Positions 24,501-35,019 of a DNA stretch of 64,000 nucleotides are shown here, piece by piece. The notes under the pieces were generated by a model. The model searched no databases. It was not told the DNA's origin and saw only the letters and a program-made list of their open reading frames with translations. The stretch's first letter is position 1, and each line of letters begins with the position of its first letter. The position numbers and the translations under genes were made by a program. The stretch comes from Anthoceros angustus (Eukaryota > Plantae > Anthocerotophyta), in assembly GCA_010909165.1 (NCBI GenBank), contig VJWM01000106.1, positions 434,001-498,000 of the forward strand. Direction: 5' to 3'.

Positions 24501-27500
24501 CTTTTGGAGAACTTTCTGCTTGCTGAAGTGGGCTCCCCAGCTCGACGGGATGCCGAAGAGGAGCTACTCCAGAATCTCCCCGAGATCTCCAGACGGGGTC
24601 ATGTCAGAGGCAGTATGTCTGAGGTGTATGAAGAAAGTGAGGATCCAGGATGGCAGCTGGTGAAATGGGAAGGCAAGTCCAGAAGTATGAGAAGGATGCA
24701 GGCCGAGTTTTTCCAGAAGAAAGCAAAGAACTGGACAAAGAGAGTCGCAGAACAGAGGGAACGACAGCTTGCACTCAGAGCTCCAGATCGTCCCCTGGCT
24801 CTCCCATTACCTCCTCGACCTACTAGTTTGACACCATCTCAATCTCAGTTTCTCTATTTGGTCGAACGCCGGCAGTGCCTGCTCCGAGCAAAGCGAAGGG
24901 TCATGGCTCAGGCTGCAGCGTACCACAGGAAGTTGCCTGTGCTGTCCCATCAGGCTCGTAACACTCTGGCCGAGTACCAGTCACCTGAGAAGCAGTTGGA
25001 GTTGCAGGCTGAGCGACAAGCTGTGATCACAGAAAAGTTGTTTGCCCATGCCAAGCCGGAGATGGAGGAACCCAATATTCCGACCATGTCGGATCGCTAT
25101 GATACAGCCCGCCGGTGGCTTGAGGTGATCAACGAAAGGGTCTTGGCTTTGGCAGTGGACAAATTTGCGCTTGCTGCCAAGCTGGCGAAGCACCCGTCAG
25201 TCGGCCTGAGCAGAATTCTTCCACAGAAAGCTGCTGTGAAGAGAGGGGCCCATTGGGCTGCAAGTAAGCAGCCAAGCTCTGATCACGAGAAGGTTTTACC
25301 TTTAAGTGCAGTCCTCAGTCGGAGTGAGGGAGGTCCCTCGTACAGGAGGCCTCCTTTGGGCGAACTTGAGCAAGAGCTCCAACAGCAGTCACAGATGCTG
25401 AGGCATAGGAAGATGAGGTTTTTGGTGGAGGCCAGAGACCATGTGCTTGCTGAGCATCTGAAGCATTTGGAAGCACTTGAGAAGGAGACAGACCCAGCTT
25501 GTGCTCGCCAGGCTAAAGCTCTTGCCCAAGCCCTATGTGGGAAACTTGAAGAATCGCTCGATGACCTCGAGGGCCACATCAGAGCATTAAGGCGGTTGCT
25601 TGGACGAACTGATAGTACTGCTGCAAAGTTGTCCGATCTGTCTCCCGAGGAATCTAGAGCCCGAACTGTTCTAGCAACCTTATTGGAAGACAGGGATGTC
25701 TTGCGAAAAGTTATTCAAAGAATTGAGGGAAAGGCAGGATTTGAAGGAGAGGATGATGATCCTTTCGACGTGGAGCAAGAGGTTCAAGTGAAATTGTTGG
25801 AGATGTCTGATCATTCCGTGTCCCTGCAACTGACAACCCAGGGCGGAAGGGACGCTTCGGAGAGGGTGCATGTGGACTTGACCGAGATCACTGATCCTCA
25901 TGATTCGCTTATGATGATCAAGGTGGGCATCAGGCCATCCTTAGGCAATTTTAGAACTCAGGATGGGCTGAGTCCAGAGGATTCGGAGGACAGAGACCCA
26001 CTGGTGGAGGCCATTAAGGAGGTCAGACGGTTGGAAGGTATTGAGGATGCCCATGCTCTGTTCATGCGCCAGCTGCGGATTGTGGAAGAGTGGCAAAGGA
26101 AGAGGTACAAGCTGGGGCAGGCTCGAACAGCCATAGCCCTTCGCAGGGCTCTGCGGGAGGAGAATGATCGAAAGTGGCAAGAAGGACTGCTAACAATGCG
26201 GCTTTATGAAAATGCTCTCACGAAAATTTGTGCTGAGTTGCAAGTAGGGGATCGTGATGAACTCACAGACTGGCTGATTGGCAACCAGCTGCGGCAGGAA
26301 GGGATGGTAAATGCCATCAATTATGTAATCCGGACGTATGGACTGAGTGTGTCTCATGCAGCACAGTGGGTAACGGACAGGTTCCAGGAGCTGGCAGGAG
26401 TTAGAGTCAGTATTACTGTGGAAAACTATGTCTTCGAGGATCCACCTGAGTTTCTCACATTTGATGCCACAATTGGTGAGCATCCTTATCTCCTTGCGCT
26501 CCCGGCTCCGGGGGATTCAGATTCTATTTCCAATTCTGACTACAAGGTGACTGATCAAGAGGAGGACAAGGATGGAGTAGAAGAAGTAGAAGCGGCAAAT
26601 GTAGAATCGACTTCCGAAGTGAGCAAGCTTGTGGCAATTCCTGCACTGCTACTTACCACGGCTATCACAGATCCAGCTTCTGGAGGAAGCCAATCCATGT
26701 TGGGTTCATCTGACACGGTAGAAGAACCTACAGATGCTATCTCTTCCCTTCCAGCAGAGACACCCAAAGCTGAGAATGCTCTCATGGTGGAAGAGGAGCA
26801 GATTCCTCAAAACATCAAGTCCAGCTACTTCAAGAGGAGCTCGCAGTTTGTATACAGTCTTTGCGGCTCAGGGGGAGCCATCGTGGGGTCAGCTATTGTA
26901 GTGGAAAGAAATTTGGGTTTGACAGTTATGCATAATGTGATGGACAGTGCTGGGGTTGTGCTAGGCAAGGGCCATGCATTTGCAGTGGGTGGTGTGAGCG
27001 TCAGGGAGAAGGCCTCGTTTCCTGACCTTGATCTGACTTTCTTGGACATGCCAGGAGGTTCCCATCTGGGCCTTACTTCCCCTGCCACTGGCACCGTCTC
27101 CCCTGAGCTGCCAGACAACATGAAGCAACTTCTAGGTGAGCAGGTGTTCATGGTATCTCATCCTCGAGTGAACTGGCCGGCAGTCACTCCAACAGTTGAA
27201 CAGTCGCAAGAAGAGCCTGTCACAGTAGTTCGAGGCGTGATCTCCAAGATACTAAGCTGTACCAATGTCTTGGCGACATACAAGTGTTTTCCTGGCTGTG
27301 CAGGGGGAGCTGTCTTCCTTGCGTCGTCTGGCGAACTTTTGGGCATCAACACCCATACGTGAGTTACTCTCTCGTTTGCGAACTCTGTCCTCTTTGACTT
27401 TTCGTGGTAATCGTGCTCCCGACGTTGCTTGTGCCATGCAATGTTCTGATGGCTTTCCGAGTTTTGCTCATGCCCTCCTAAAGTTTAAGCAAAGAGGACG

Positions 27501-27754
27501 TCACGGAGGAGATGCGGGCAGTCACCGAGGACATCAGAACCAAATTCGGTAAGTTAACTGACAAGGCCTTTGAGAGAAAGCAGGCGGAGGCAATGCAGGA
27601 AGCATGGAACAGGCTGTCCTCAAAGTTTCGGGCAGATTATGCCAGAAGAAATCTAGTGTACAAAGGTTCCTGCGGTGTGTTCGTTCCGTGGAATGTGATA
27701 AAGGAAAAGCTTGACAAGATCCTCCTCAGGGAACGCCAGAAACACATGTTTTAG
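12563..27754 (+). CDS. Giant, largely low-complexity protein (~4,700 aa if reconstructed): triplicated unknown domain, 4x DEK-C-like, EEGEI array, RG/AT-hook tracts, coiled coil, C-terminal trypsin-like domain; several single-base frameshifts
   Basis: Same-strand ORFs of 1202, 949, 537, 303 and 1249 aa. Phase-0 GT-AG introns join the exons 12563-16075, 16377-16439, 16742-16831, 16916-17053 and 17155 onward. A phase-2 intron 27359-27483 joins the last exon in frame. The join near 21780-21910 is inferred and less certain. Confidence 0.6.
14945..15645 (+). other. Four tandem DEK-C-like helical domains within the giant ORF
   Basis: VTVNAIRSQLEQDMDL, WNATQVRIILESDLDV, PTAETVSRVLEQDLGLSENDLDIYRGLI and ISRFDFQRQVEREMLM fit the DEK-C pattern (T-x-x-x-V/I-R-x-x-L-E-x-x-L/M-G-L..L..K/R..I), recognised from memory. 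Confidence 0.6.
17896..18216 (+). repeat. Coding tandem repeat (60 nt / 20 aa unit) containing SP(V)EEGE[ILT]
   Basis: Units such as tcacctaaagacgcagacatgaaaggatggtcaccagttgaagagggagagat are repeated; six EEGE[ILT] motifs in total. Confidence 0.95.
22490..23410 (+). repeat. Near-identical ~460-bp tandem duplication with (GGGGTA/AGAGGT)n RG-coding tracts
   Basis: gaggcccagtcagaactctccagacaatgg...gatgataatgacactggaaggggcgtagg occurs at 22511 and again at 22971 (offset 460). Confidence 0.95.
26848..27754 (+). other. Trypsin/chymotrypsin-fold peptidase-like domain at the C-terminus of the giant ORF, nucleophile Ser replaced by Ala
   Basis: GSAIVVERNLGLTVMHNV (His), DLDLTFL (Asp), FPGCAGGAVF (G-x-S-G-G position is GCA=Ala), GELLGINTH, and after the intron GSCGVFVPWNVI. 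Confidence 0.75.
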
Positions 27755-27903
27755 AATGTGTAATCTGTTTGCGAAATTTCCCTGTCCACAATATTGTTCC
27801 TCAATTTTGATAATTACGTTGTTGACTGGGCTTCCGATCAACTTGCCACACTCGATATCACTAGGAACGTCCTTACCAAACGCTATGTGGAAGACGGTTC
27901 GCC

Positions 27904-30900
27904 CTACAGATGAGTTCTCACAGACTCAACCGAGATTAGCCCAGCTTCATTACCAGGATGTTTGTAATCTCCGACCAAGAAACTGTGAACTAGTCCATTC
28001 ATGTCTGTCCACCAGCTCTGGCCCGGCTGCTTCCGCGCCCCGATTCTTACTCTGCTTGCCTGCATTTTTCGTGCTTCCTCCCACATCTGGGCGCCGGTAT
28101 ATATGTTCAACATTGACACATATGCTGCAGCATCTTTCTCGTCTAGCCGCAGTGCTTCATCGAACGCATGGCGCCCAACCTCCACGTTGTTCCACTTTCG
28201 ACAGGCACCCAGAAGGGTGTGCCAAACCGATGCACCATGCGGTGCAGGCATTGCCCTTGCCAGAGCTAGTGCCTCATCCAGGTGTCCTGCGCGTCCAAGA
28301 AGATCCACCATACAGGTGTAGTGGTCCGCATTGGGAGTCAAGCCATACTGTTCGCTCATAGACTCAAAGTACGCTCGCCCCTTATCCACCAGACCCGTAT
28401 GACTGCATACTGTTAGTACACTAAGAAACGTCACGCCATCTGGCTGCTTGCCATCCTCTCTCATTCGGAGAATCAGGTCAAAGACCTCTTCACTGTCTCC
28501 TTGATTGGCATATCCTGCTATCAGTCCGTTCCAGGCAACGACGTCTCTTTTTGGCAATGCAGCAAACACCTCACGTGCATCACCCATGCTGCAGCACTTT
28601 CCATACATGTTCATTAAACTGCTGGCCACAAGCACGTCCGTTTGGAGCCCTTCTTCTTTAATCTGTGCGTGAAGCTGCCTTCCCAGATGTAAAGCCGCCA
28701 TGTTCGCACATGCCTGCAGGAGACACAAAAATGTCACAGAATCTGGTGCAACCCTGTCTTCTTCTTGCATAGCCCTGTAAAGACCCAGAGCTTCGGGGCC
28801 CATGCCATTCTGAGAATATCCAGCAATCATGGAATTCCACATAACCAAGTCTTTCCGAGGAAGTGTCTCAAACACAAGCTGAGCGTCCTCCAGGCTGCCA
28901 CACTTTGCGTACATGTTTACCAAGCTGCTGCCAAGAAACAAGTCTTGGTGAAGTTCCTCTTCTCTGATTTGTGCATGAAGCTGCTTACCCTTCTCCAACG
29001 CTGAGGCGCCCACACTTGCACATGCCTGAAGGAGGCACAGAACTGTCACAGAATCGGGTGCAACAATGCCTTCTTCTTGCATGGCACTGTGAAGATGAAG
29101 GGCTTCCTGCCCCATGCCCTGCTGGGCATATCCTGCTATCATGGCATTCCATGTCACCACATTCTTTTGACGAAGTCCATCAAACACCCCCTGAGCACCC
29201 TCTAGGTTGCCACACTTTGCATACATGTTCACCAGGCTCCCACCTAGAACTACATCATCTTCAAGTCCTTGTTCTTGAATCTGTGCATGAAGCTCTTTTC
29301 CCTGTTCCAAAGCCAGGGAGCCAACACTCGCACATGCTTGGAGCAGGCACACAAATGTCACAGAATCGGGTGTGACAACACCTTCTTCTTGCATAGCCTT
29401 GTAGAGACAAAGGGCTTCCGGACCCAGGCCCTGCTGCGAGTATCCTGCTATCATAGCACTCCACGTCACTACATCTTTCTGAGGAAGTTCATTAAACACC
29501 CCTCTGGCATCGTCGAGGCTGCCGCACTTTGCATACATGTTCACCAAACTGCTCGCTACAAAGACATCAGCTGGCAGTCCTTGTGCTCTAAGCTGCAGAT
29601 GAAGCTGCCTACCCTTCTCCAAAGCCGGAGTGCCCACACTTGCACATGCCTGCAGAAGGCACACAAACGTCACAGAGTCAAGTTCTGCCAAGCCCTCTTC
29701 TTGCATGGCGGAGTGGAGACAAAGCGCTTCTTGCCCCATGCCCTGCTGGGTAAATCCTGCTAGCATGGCATTCCATGTCACCACATTCTTAACACGGAGT
29801 CCATCAAACACGCGCTGAGCATCCTCTAGGCTGCCACACTTTGCATACATGCTTACCAAGCTGTTGGACACAAAAACATCAGCCAGAAGCCCTAGATCTC
29901 TAATCTGTGCATGCAAATGCCTCCCCTGTTCTAAAGCTGAGGCGCCCATATTTGCACATGCCTGCAGGAGGCACACATAAGTCACGGAATTGGGTGGAAC
30001 AATACCTTCCTCTTGCATAGCATTGTAAAGCTGCAGGGCTTCTTGCCCCTTGCCTTGCTGAGAATAACCTGATATCATGGCATTCCACGTCACCACATTC
30101 TTCTGACCAAGTCCGTCAAACACTCTCTGAGCATCCTCCAGGCTGCCACACTTTGCAAACATGTTCACCAAACTGCTGGCTACAAACACATCAGCTTGAA
30201 GTCCTCGTTCTCTAATATGTGCATGAAGCTGCCTCCCACTCTCCAAAAAGGAGGTCCCCAAATTTGCACAAGCCTGCAGAAGGCATGAGAATGTCACAGA
30301 ATCAGGTGCAACAATGCCTTCCTGCAGCATATCCCTGTAGATACTAAGGGCCTCTTCCCCCATGCCGTGCTGGGAATATCCTGAAATCAAGGCACTCCAT
30401 GTGAACACATTCCTTTCACTGAGGCTATCAAACACAGCCCGAGCATCCTCTAGGCTACCACACTTTGCATACATGTTTACCAGGCCCCCACCGACAACCA
30501 CATCCCCCTGAAGTCCTCGTTCTCTAATCTCTGCGTGAAGCTGCTTCCCCTCCTCCAAAGCCAGGATGCCAACACTTGCACATGCCTGAAGGAGGCACAC
30601 GAATGTCACAGAGTTGGGTGCAGCCAGGCCCTCTTCTTGCATAGCCCTATAAAGACGAAGGGCTTTCTGACCCATGCCCTGCTGGGAATATCCAGCTATC
30701 AAGGCACTCCACGTAACTACATCTTTCCGAGGAATCCCGTCAAACACCCTTTGGGCATCTTCCAAGCTGCCACATTTTGCATACATGTCCACCAAGCAAC
30801 TAGAAACAAACAAGTCATGCTCAACTCCGCTACCCAACACATCTGCATGCACCTTCTGTCCAGATTCCAAGTCCCCTCCCCTTCCACAAGCCTGAAGGGC

Positions 30901-31617
30901 TGCTACAAACACATGACCATCTGGCTTCACACCTGACCCGCGCATCCGAAGATACAGTTCTATAGCTTGCCTATCTTGTCCATGCTTCACATGAGCAGAA
31001 ATGATGGCAGACCAGGTGAAGGCATCTGGGTTGGCAACCATATGGAACACATCCACAGCTTCTTGCAACCTGGCATGGGAAGCATACATTCGCAGGATGT
31101 GATTGCACAAGAACGTGTCCGACTCGTACCCCTTCTTCACGACGAGGGCATGCACACGGCGACCCAAGGGCAGATCCTTCTTAACCACACATAACTTGAG
31201 AACCGCATAGAAGAGGGACTCAACAACAAGGCAGCCATCGTGCACCAGCACTCCCAGAGCCTCGACAGCCTCGCCTGGCTGCCCCTGCTGACATAGTTCG
31301 ATCACGGTTTGAACTGTCACAGCACTTTGGTCTGCTGCAGGCCTGCCAGAGTCACGATCATCCGGCACGACCCACTTGGATGTAGGGGCACGACAACCCA
31401 TCTGCACATCCAGGGCAGCCAGCTTTGCACGGGCTGCCGTTCTTCCATAGGTTCTGCACCTCGCGGCTTCGTTCCTTGCCAGCAGCTGATTCCCTGAAGT
31501 CGGGTGAGCAGGAAGACCTCCTGGAGACCAACCAATTCGGGGCGTCCAAAAAATCTGTCCCCACGGCGGCTCCCACTTGCGTGGCTCTACTGTCACGCTC
31601 CACACCGTGACATCCAT
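27904..31617 (-). CDS. PLS-class PPR protein with E1/E2 and partial E+, no DYW (organellar RNA-editing factor type)
   Basis: About 29 P/L/S motifs (e.g. VNMYAKCGSLEDAQRVFD, VVTWNAMIAGYSQQG, SVTFVCLLQACA), then P2-L2-S2, E1 (ASVWHTLLGACR), E2 and QPGQSWW..VHSFLVGDYKHP. The true start codon is uncertain. Confidence 0.95.
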   Translation of the reverse strand: MDVTVWSVTVEPRKWEPPWGQIFWTPRIGWSPGGLPAHPTSGNQLLARNEAARCRTYGRTAARAKLAALDVQMGCRAPTSKWVVPDDRDSGRPAADQSAVTVQTVIELCQQGQPGEAVEALGVLVHDGCLVVESLFYAVLKLCVVKKDLPLGRRVHALVVKKGYESDTFLCNHILRMYASHARLQEAVDVFHMVANPDAFTWSAIISAHVKHGQDRQAIELYLRMRGSGVKPDGHVFVAALQACGRGGDLESGQKVHADVLGSGVEHDLFVSSCLVDMYAKCGSLEDAQRVFDGIPRKDVVTWSALIAGYSQQGMGQKALRLYRAMQEEGLAAPNSVTFVCLLQACASVGILALEEGKQLHAEIRERGLQGDVVVGGGLVNMYAKCGSLEDARAVFDSLSERNVFTWSALISGYSQHGMGEEALSIYRDMLQEGIVAPDSVTFSCLLQACANLGTSFLESGRQLHAHIRERGLQADVFVASSLVNMFAKCGSLEDAQRVFDGLGQKNVVTWNAMISGYSQQGKGQEALQLYNAMQEEGIVPPNSVTYVCLLQACANMGASALEQGRHLHAQIRDLGLLADVFVSNSLVSMYAKCGSLEDAQRVFDGLRVKNVVTWNAMLAGFTQQGMGQEALCLHSAMQEEGLAELDSVTFVCLLQACASVGTPALEKGRQLHLQLRAQGLPADVFVASSLVNMYAKCGSLDDARGVFNELPQKDVVTWSAMIAGYSQQGLGPEALCLYKAMQEEGVVTPDSVTFVCLLQACASVGSLALEQGKELHAQIQEQGLEDDVVLGGSLVNMYAKCGNLEGAQGVFDGLRQKNVVTWNAMIAGYAQQGMGQEALHLHSAMQEEGIVAPDSVTVLCLLQACASVGASALEKGKQLHAQIREEELHQDLFLGSSLVNMYAKCGSLEDAQLVFETLPRKDLVMWNSMIAGYSQNGMGPEALGLYRAMQEEDRVAPDSVTFLCLLQACANMAALHLGRQLHAQIKEEGLQTDVLVASSLMNMYGKCCSMGDAREVFAALPKRDVVAWNGLIAGYANQGDSEEVFDLILRMREDGKQPDGVTFLSVLTVCSHTGLVDKGRAYFESMSEQYGLTPNADHYTCMVDLLGRAGHLDEALALARAMPAPHGASVWHTLLGACRKWNNVEVGRHAFDEALRLDEKDAAAYVSMLNIYTGAQMWEEARKMQASRVRIGARKQPGQSWWTDMNGLVHSFLVGDYKHPGNEAGLISVESVRTHL

Positions 31618-32884
31618 GGCTGGCTCTCCTCTGCCTGGAGAGCCAAGCTAGCGAATTACAACATTGCACGCGGACTTATTCAGGCATTGATCCCAGCTCT
31701 TCTGTTGATCAAACCTTGGTTCCATTTCGTAGGCATTTTGCTCCAGCCGACTCGCAAGCCCGCATCATGCTGGAGCTGGTGAATGCTGGCAAATTCGTGC
31801 TCGTCTATGTGCCTATTCATCAGCTGAAAAGATCGTTCTGTCTACTTTCAAGTTTCATCCCACATCCCCCGGTTCCGGAACGGTAACGGGGAAACATGTT
31901 TCACTCCTTCCAAAATTACGGTGACTTTTTATATTTTATTTTCATGTACCTACGAAATATATTAATTTTAAAGCCTAGTCTATATTGGGTCAACCCCAAC
32001 CAATTAGGGACACACTTTTTTACCATAAATACGAATGTGGAGATTTTATTTTAAAAAATAGATTGGGAAATTTCATCAACCCCGAGAATAAAAGGGAACA
32101 ATCGAACAAAGGGCACCGTGCCAGGGGGACTAACCCCACAATCCGTATCTCGAAACTACTTAAAGCCTAAGAAATTCATGATTAAGGATATGAAAAGGCC
32201 TACTAGCACAGGGGCCAAAGACGCCGCATCACAGCACTTTTCGCCATCGTGTATGCCCCTTAGCCAATGCCCTCTATAGGGTGATGGACTCTCATTGCCT
32301 GAAGAAAGCCACAATACAAAAAAATGGATCAACCCCATTCTTGCAATTGAGGTAAGCCTTGGCACAGGCCTTGACAAATCAAGAGAAATCCTTAGCCATG
32401 CCCCCGCGAGTCTTGTGAAATGCCTGAAATGCAGCGTCTTCACTCAAAAGCACCTGGGTGATCCTTCAAATTTCCTTTAGAAAAGACCAAGACACATAAA
32501 TTGTCATACTATACAGAATCAAAGCCTCCACATTTGAAGCCCTCTGGATCAAAGCCCCCATTCTATCTATTAATTGATCACAACTACATCGCATGAATGA
32601 CGTCGAATGCTACAACACGTTGGTGGCTTTGATTTGAAATTTTCTTTCTATTGTAATTGGGTAATATTTTTTCATGCTTGATTTTTCTCTGGTTGATTGA
32701 ATACTAGAAAGAGAAAATGTGTGGGATAAAGATCAGTTGTTGTGTATGGGAGCAAAGATTGAGGAGGTTGTATAGAGCGTAGGAATGAATTCAACCTAAT
32801 TCATATTGCAGCATGGTTATATGTACATGAATATATTGGGTACTAGGAATATGACGTCCTTGAGGCAAGCTAGGGACATGTTAT

Positions 32885-33885
32885 GAGTGGATGCTCGGAA
32901 GGACTTCCCTCCTTTCTCGACATTTATTCGATGGTTTGAGGGGTTGCATCCCCGCCGAGAAGCGCTCGGCCAGCTTTCCGGTTGTCCTCCAGACCCTCCA
33001 TCCCAGTCCACAAGAGCGCGGCCCGCCTTGTTCTCGGAAGGGCGCAGGTGCTTGGCTATTGGCCCGCCCATGCATACGGGGTTTTCACATCGCACCAACC
33101 ACCTTCACTACTGCGATGCGATTCCGTCTTGGCCTGCTCCAGCCTGTGGCTTCTTCGCTCCTTACTTGCGAGTGCGGCTCTGCCCTCGATGATTCTGGGG
33201 TACACCTTGCTCGTTGTCCCCACGGGGGTCATCGCATTGCCACTCACGATGCCATCCGCGATGTCATGTTCGCCATCGCTCGCGAAAGCGGCTACATGGC
33301 CTGGAGGGAGCGGGTGTATACAGGTCGATCAATCAGGGCTGACCTGTACCTTGTCCGTGGCGACCAGGTTTCGGTGGCAGATGTGGTGGTTACCGATCCT
33401 ACACGAGACACCATCTCCGCTCAGGTCATCACTAACCGCCCAGCCGGGTCACGAGCGCTCTCAAGGTCCGCAAATATAGCAGGATGCAAGCGGGCCACCT
33501 CTTTATTCCGCTTGCACTAGAAACGTATGGGGCAATGGCTGAGGACTTTGACAAATTTGTCAAGTCGTGTGCCAAAGCCTACGATGCGCGTGAACACGGT
33601 CGTCCCTCTCGTACTTCACAAAGATACTTCCGACAACGGGTTTCAATTGCCCTTCAACGGGCGCTCTCAACGGCGATCCTCCACAAGGCGGCGATAGTAG
33701 GTGACGCATCTTCCTCTACCTCCGTGGTTTGCAGGCCGTTTATTCTTCCTGCATATGACATTGTGGGTGCAGTAGGTGACTTTCGGTAGGGAGCTCAGTT
33801 GCTCCTCTTCACCTCGATCCCTTGATCCCCTTTGGTTGTCCCCTCCTAGATGGGCTTTTCCCATTGTTTTTTCACCTCAATAAAA
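32885..33885 (+). mobile_element. 5'-truncated, frameshifted non-LTR retrotransposon of CRE-like (RLE endonuclease) type
   Basis: CECGSALDDSGVHLARC zinc knuckle, THDAIRD, RADL..VADVVVTDP, FIPLALETYG and FRQRVSIALQR form the RLE C-terminal signature. A short 3' UTR ends near aataaaa. Confidence 0.85.
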
Positions 33886-34175
33886 TCTTCTACTAGGAAT
33901 AAATCATGGTAGTCCTCATGAACTCCACCAATTCGGATTAGGCAATGGTGGTGTCCAACTCGCTCCAATGGTCTCTCTCTCTACAATATAAAGATATTAG
34001 GACATCTAGCCTCTAGAACTCCCTCCAATGGTAGTCGCTCTATAGAATACTGACATGCTAGGACACCTAGCCTAACATAAGTAACCATTAAATTTTAGTG
34101 AAAATAGAGCGAGATATATTCAGAGTAGCCCTATAGAACAATTTACAATAGGTGGCCCCATAGAGCTTTTTACAG

Positions 34176-34319
34176 TAGAGGATTTATAGCACCCCATCTA
34201 GTAGTGATACATAGAGCATGCATAGCACCCCATCCTAGTATTGATACATAGCGAATGCATAGCACCCTATCCTAGTAGTAATACATAGAGGATGCATAAC
34301 ACCCCATCCTAGTAGTGAT
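34176..34319. repeat. Tandem repeat, 36-37 bp x4
   Basis: Unit tagcaccccatcctagtagtgatacatagaggatgca, with copies starting at ~34187, 34223, 34260 and 34297 and no spacers. Confidence 0.9.
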
Positions 34320-34851
34320 CTGATTCAAAGGTGTTTGACCGTGGAGTTCTAATGGACCTACATGTAGACCTACATGTGGGACTTCCTAACATAATGCATG
34401 TATTTTGCCTTAATTAAATTAGTGATTTTTTTTTTCATCAATAGTATGGGTTCTCAACAAGCTATGTGATAGTGGCTTCCTTTTATCATTATTACGTTGA
34501 TTGTGAAGTCTAAATCTCTTGGTCTTGTATTTCTTTTCCTAGTTGCTTCTATCAAGAACAACTTTAATTATATACCTATTGTGAATATATCATATTTTAT
34601 TGTGTTAAGTAAAAACATTATGATGCATGTACCTTTAAGATTTTGGTTCATTACCTTTTAATTATGGTGCACAAAATACAGTACATATATCATATATGTT
34701 ATAAGTTTTTATTAAGGAAAGAGGAGATGGGTAAACCATATATGTTATGTTATCGTATGCACTACAAGTGACTTTAGACATCCATGGAGCTTAGTTGATC
34801 GTTTCCATTGCGGCCCTTGGGGTCTCCCTTAGATATCATATAGTAGATGAA

Positions 34852-34969
34852 TTTTAGGGTTCCACAGGTTTAGGGTTTTACGGCAGCTAATCTTCGAGGT
34901 TTAGGGTTTCATACGTATAGGGTTCTACAGGTTTAGGTTTTTATGGTAGCTGATCTTCCATGTTTAGGG
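34852..34969 (+). repeat. Degenerate interstitial telomere-like (TTTAGGG) repeats in a duplicated ~60-bp unit
   Basis: ttttagggttccacaggtttagggttttacggcagctaatcttcgaggtttaggg followed by a diverged second copy. Confidence 0.75.
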
Positions 34970-35019
34970 ACAGATGCCGGTTATATTTGACAAACAAATT
35001 GGAGAGTGGAGCATCCTAG

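Noticed and set aside
27760-27903. DYW deaminase domain downstream of the PPR stop
   Set aside because: No HSE or CxxCH motif seen on the minus strand, and the space is occupied by the convergent giant gene's end.
34176-34319. 36-37-bp repeats superficially of CRISPR length
   Set aside because: Head-to-tail with no unique spacers, eukaryotic context and no cas genes.
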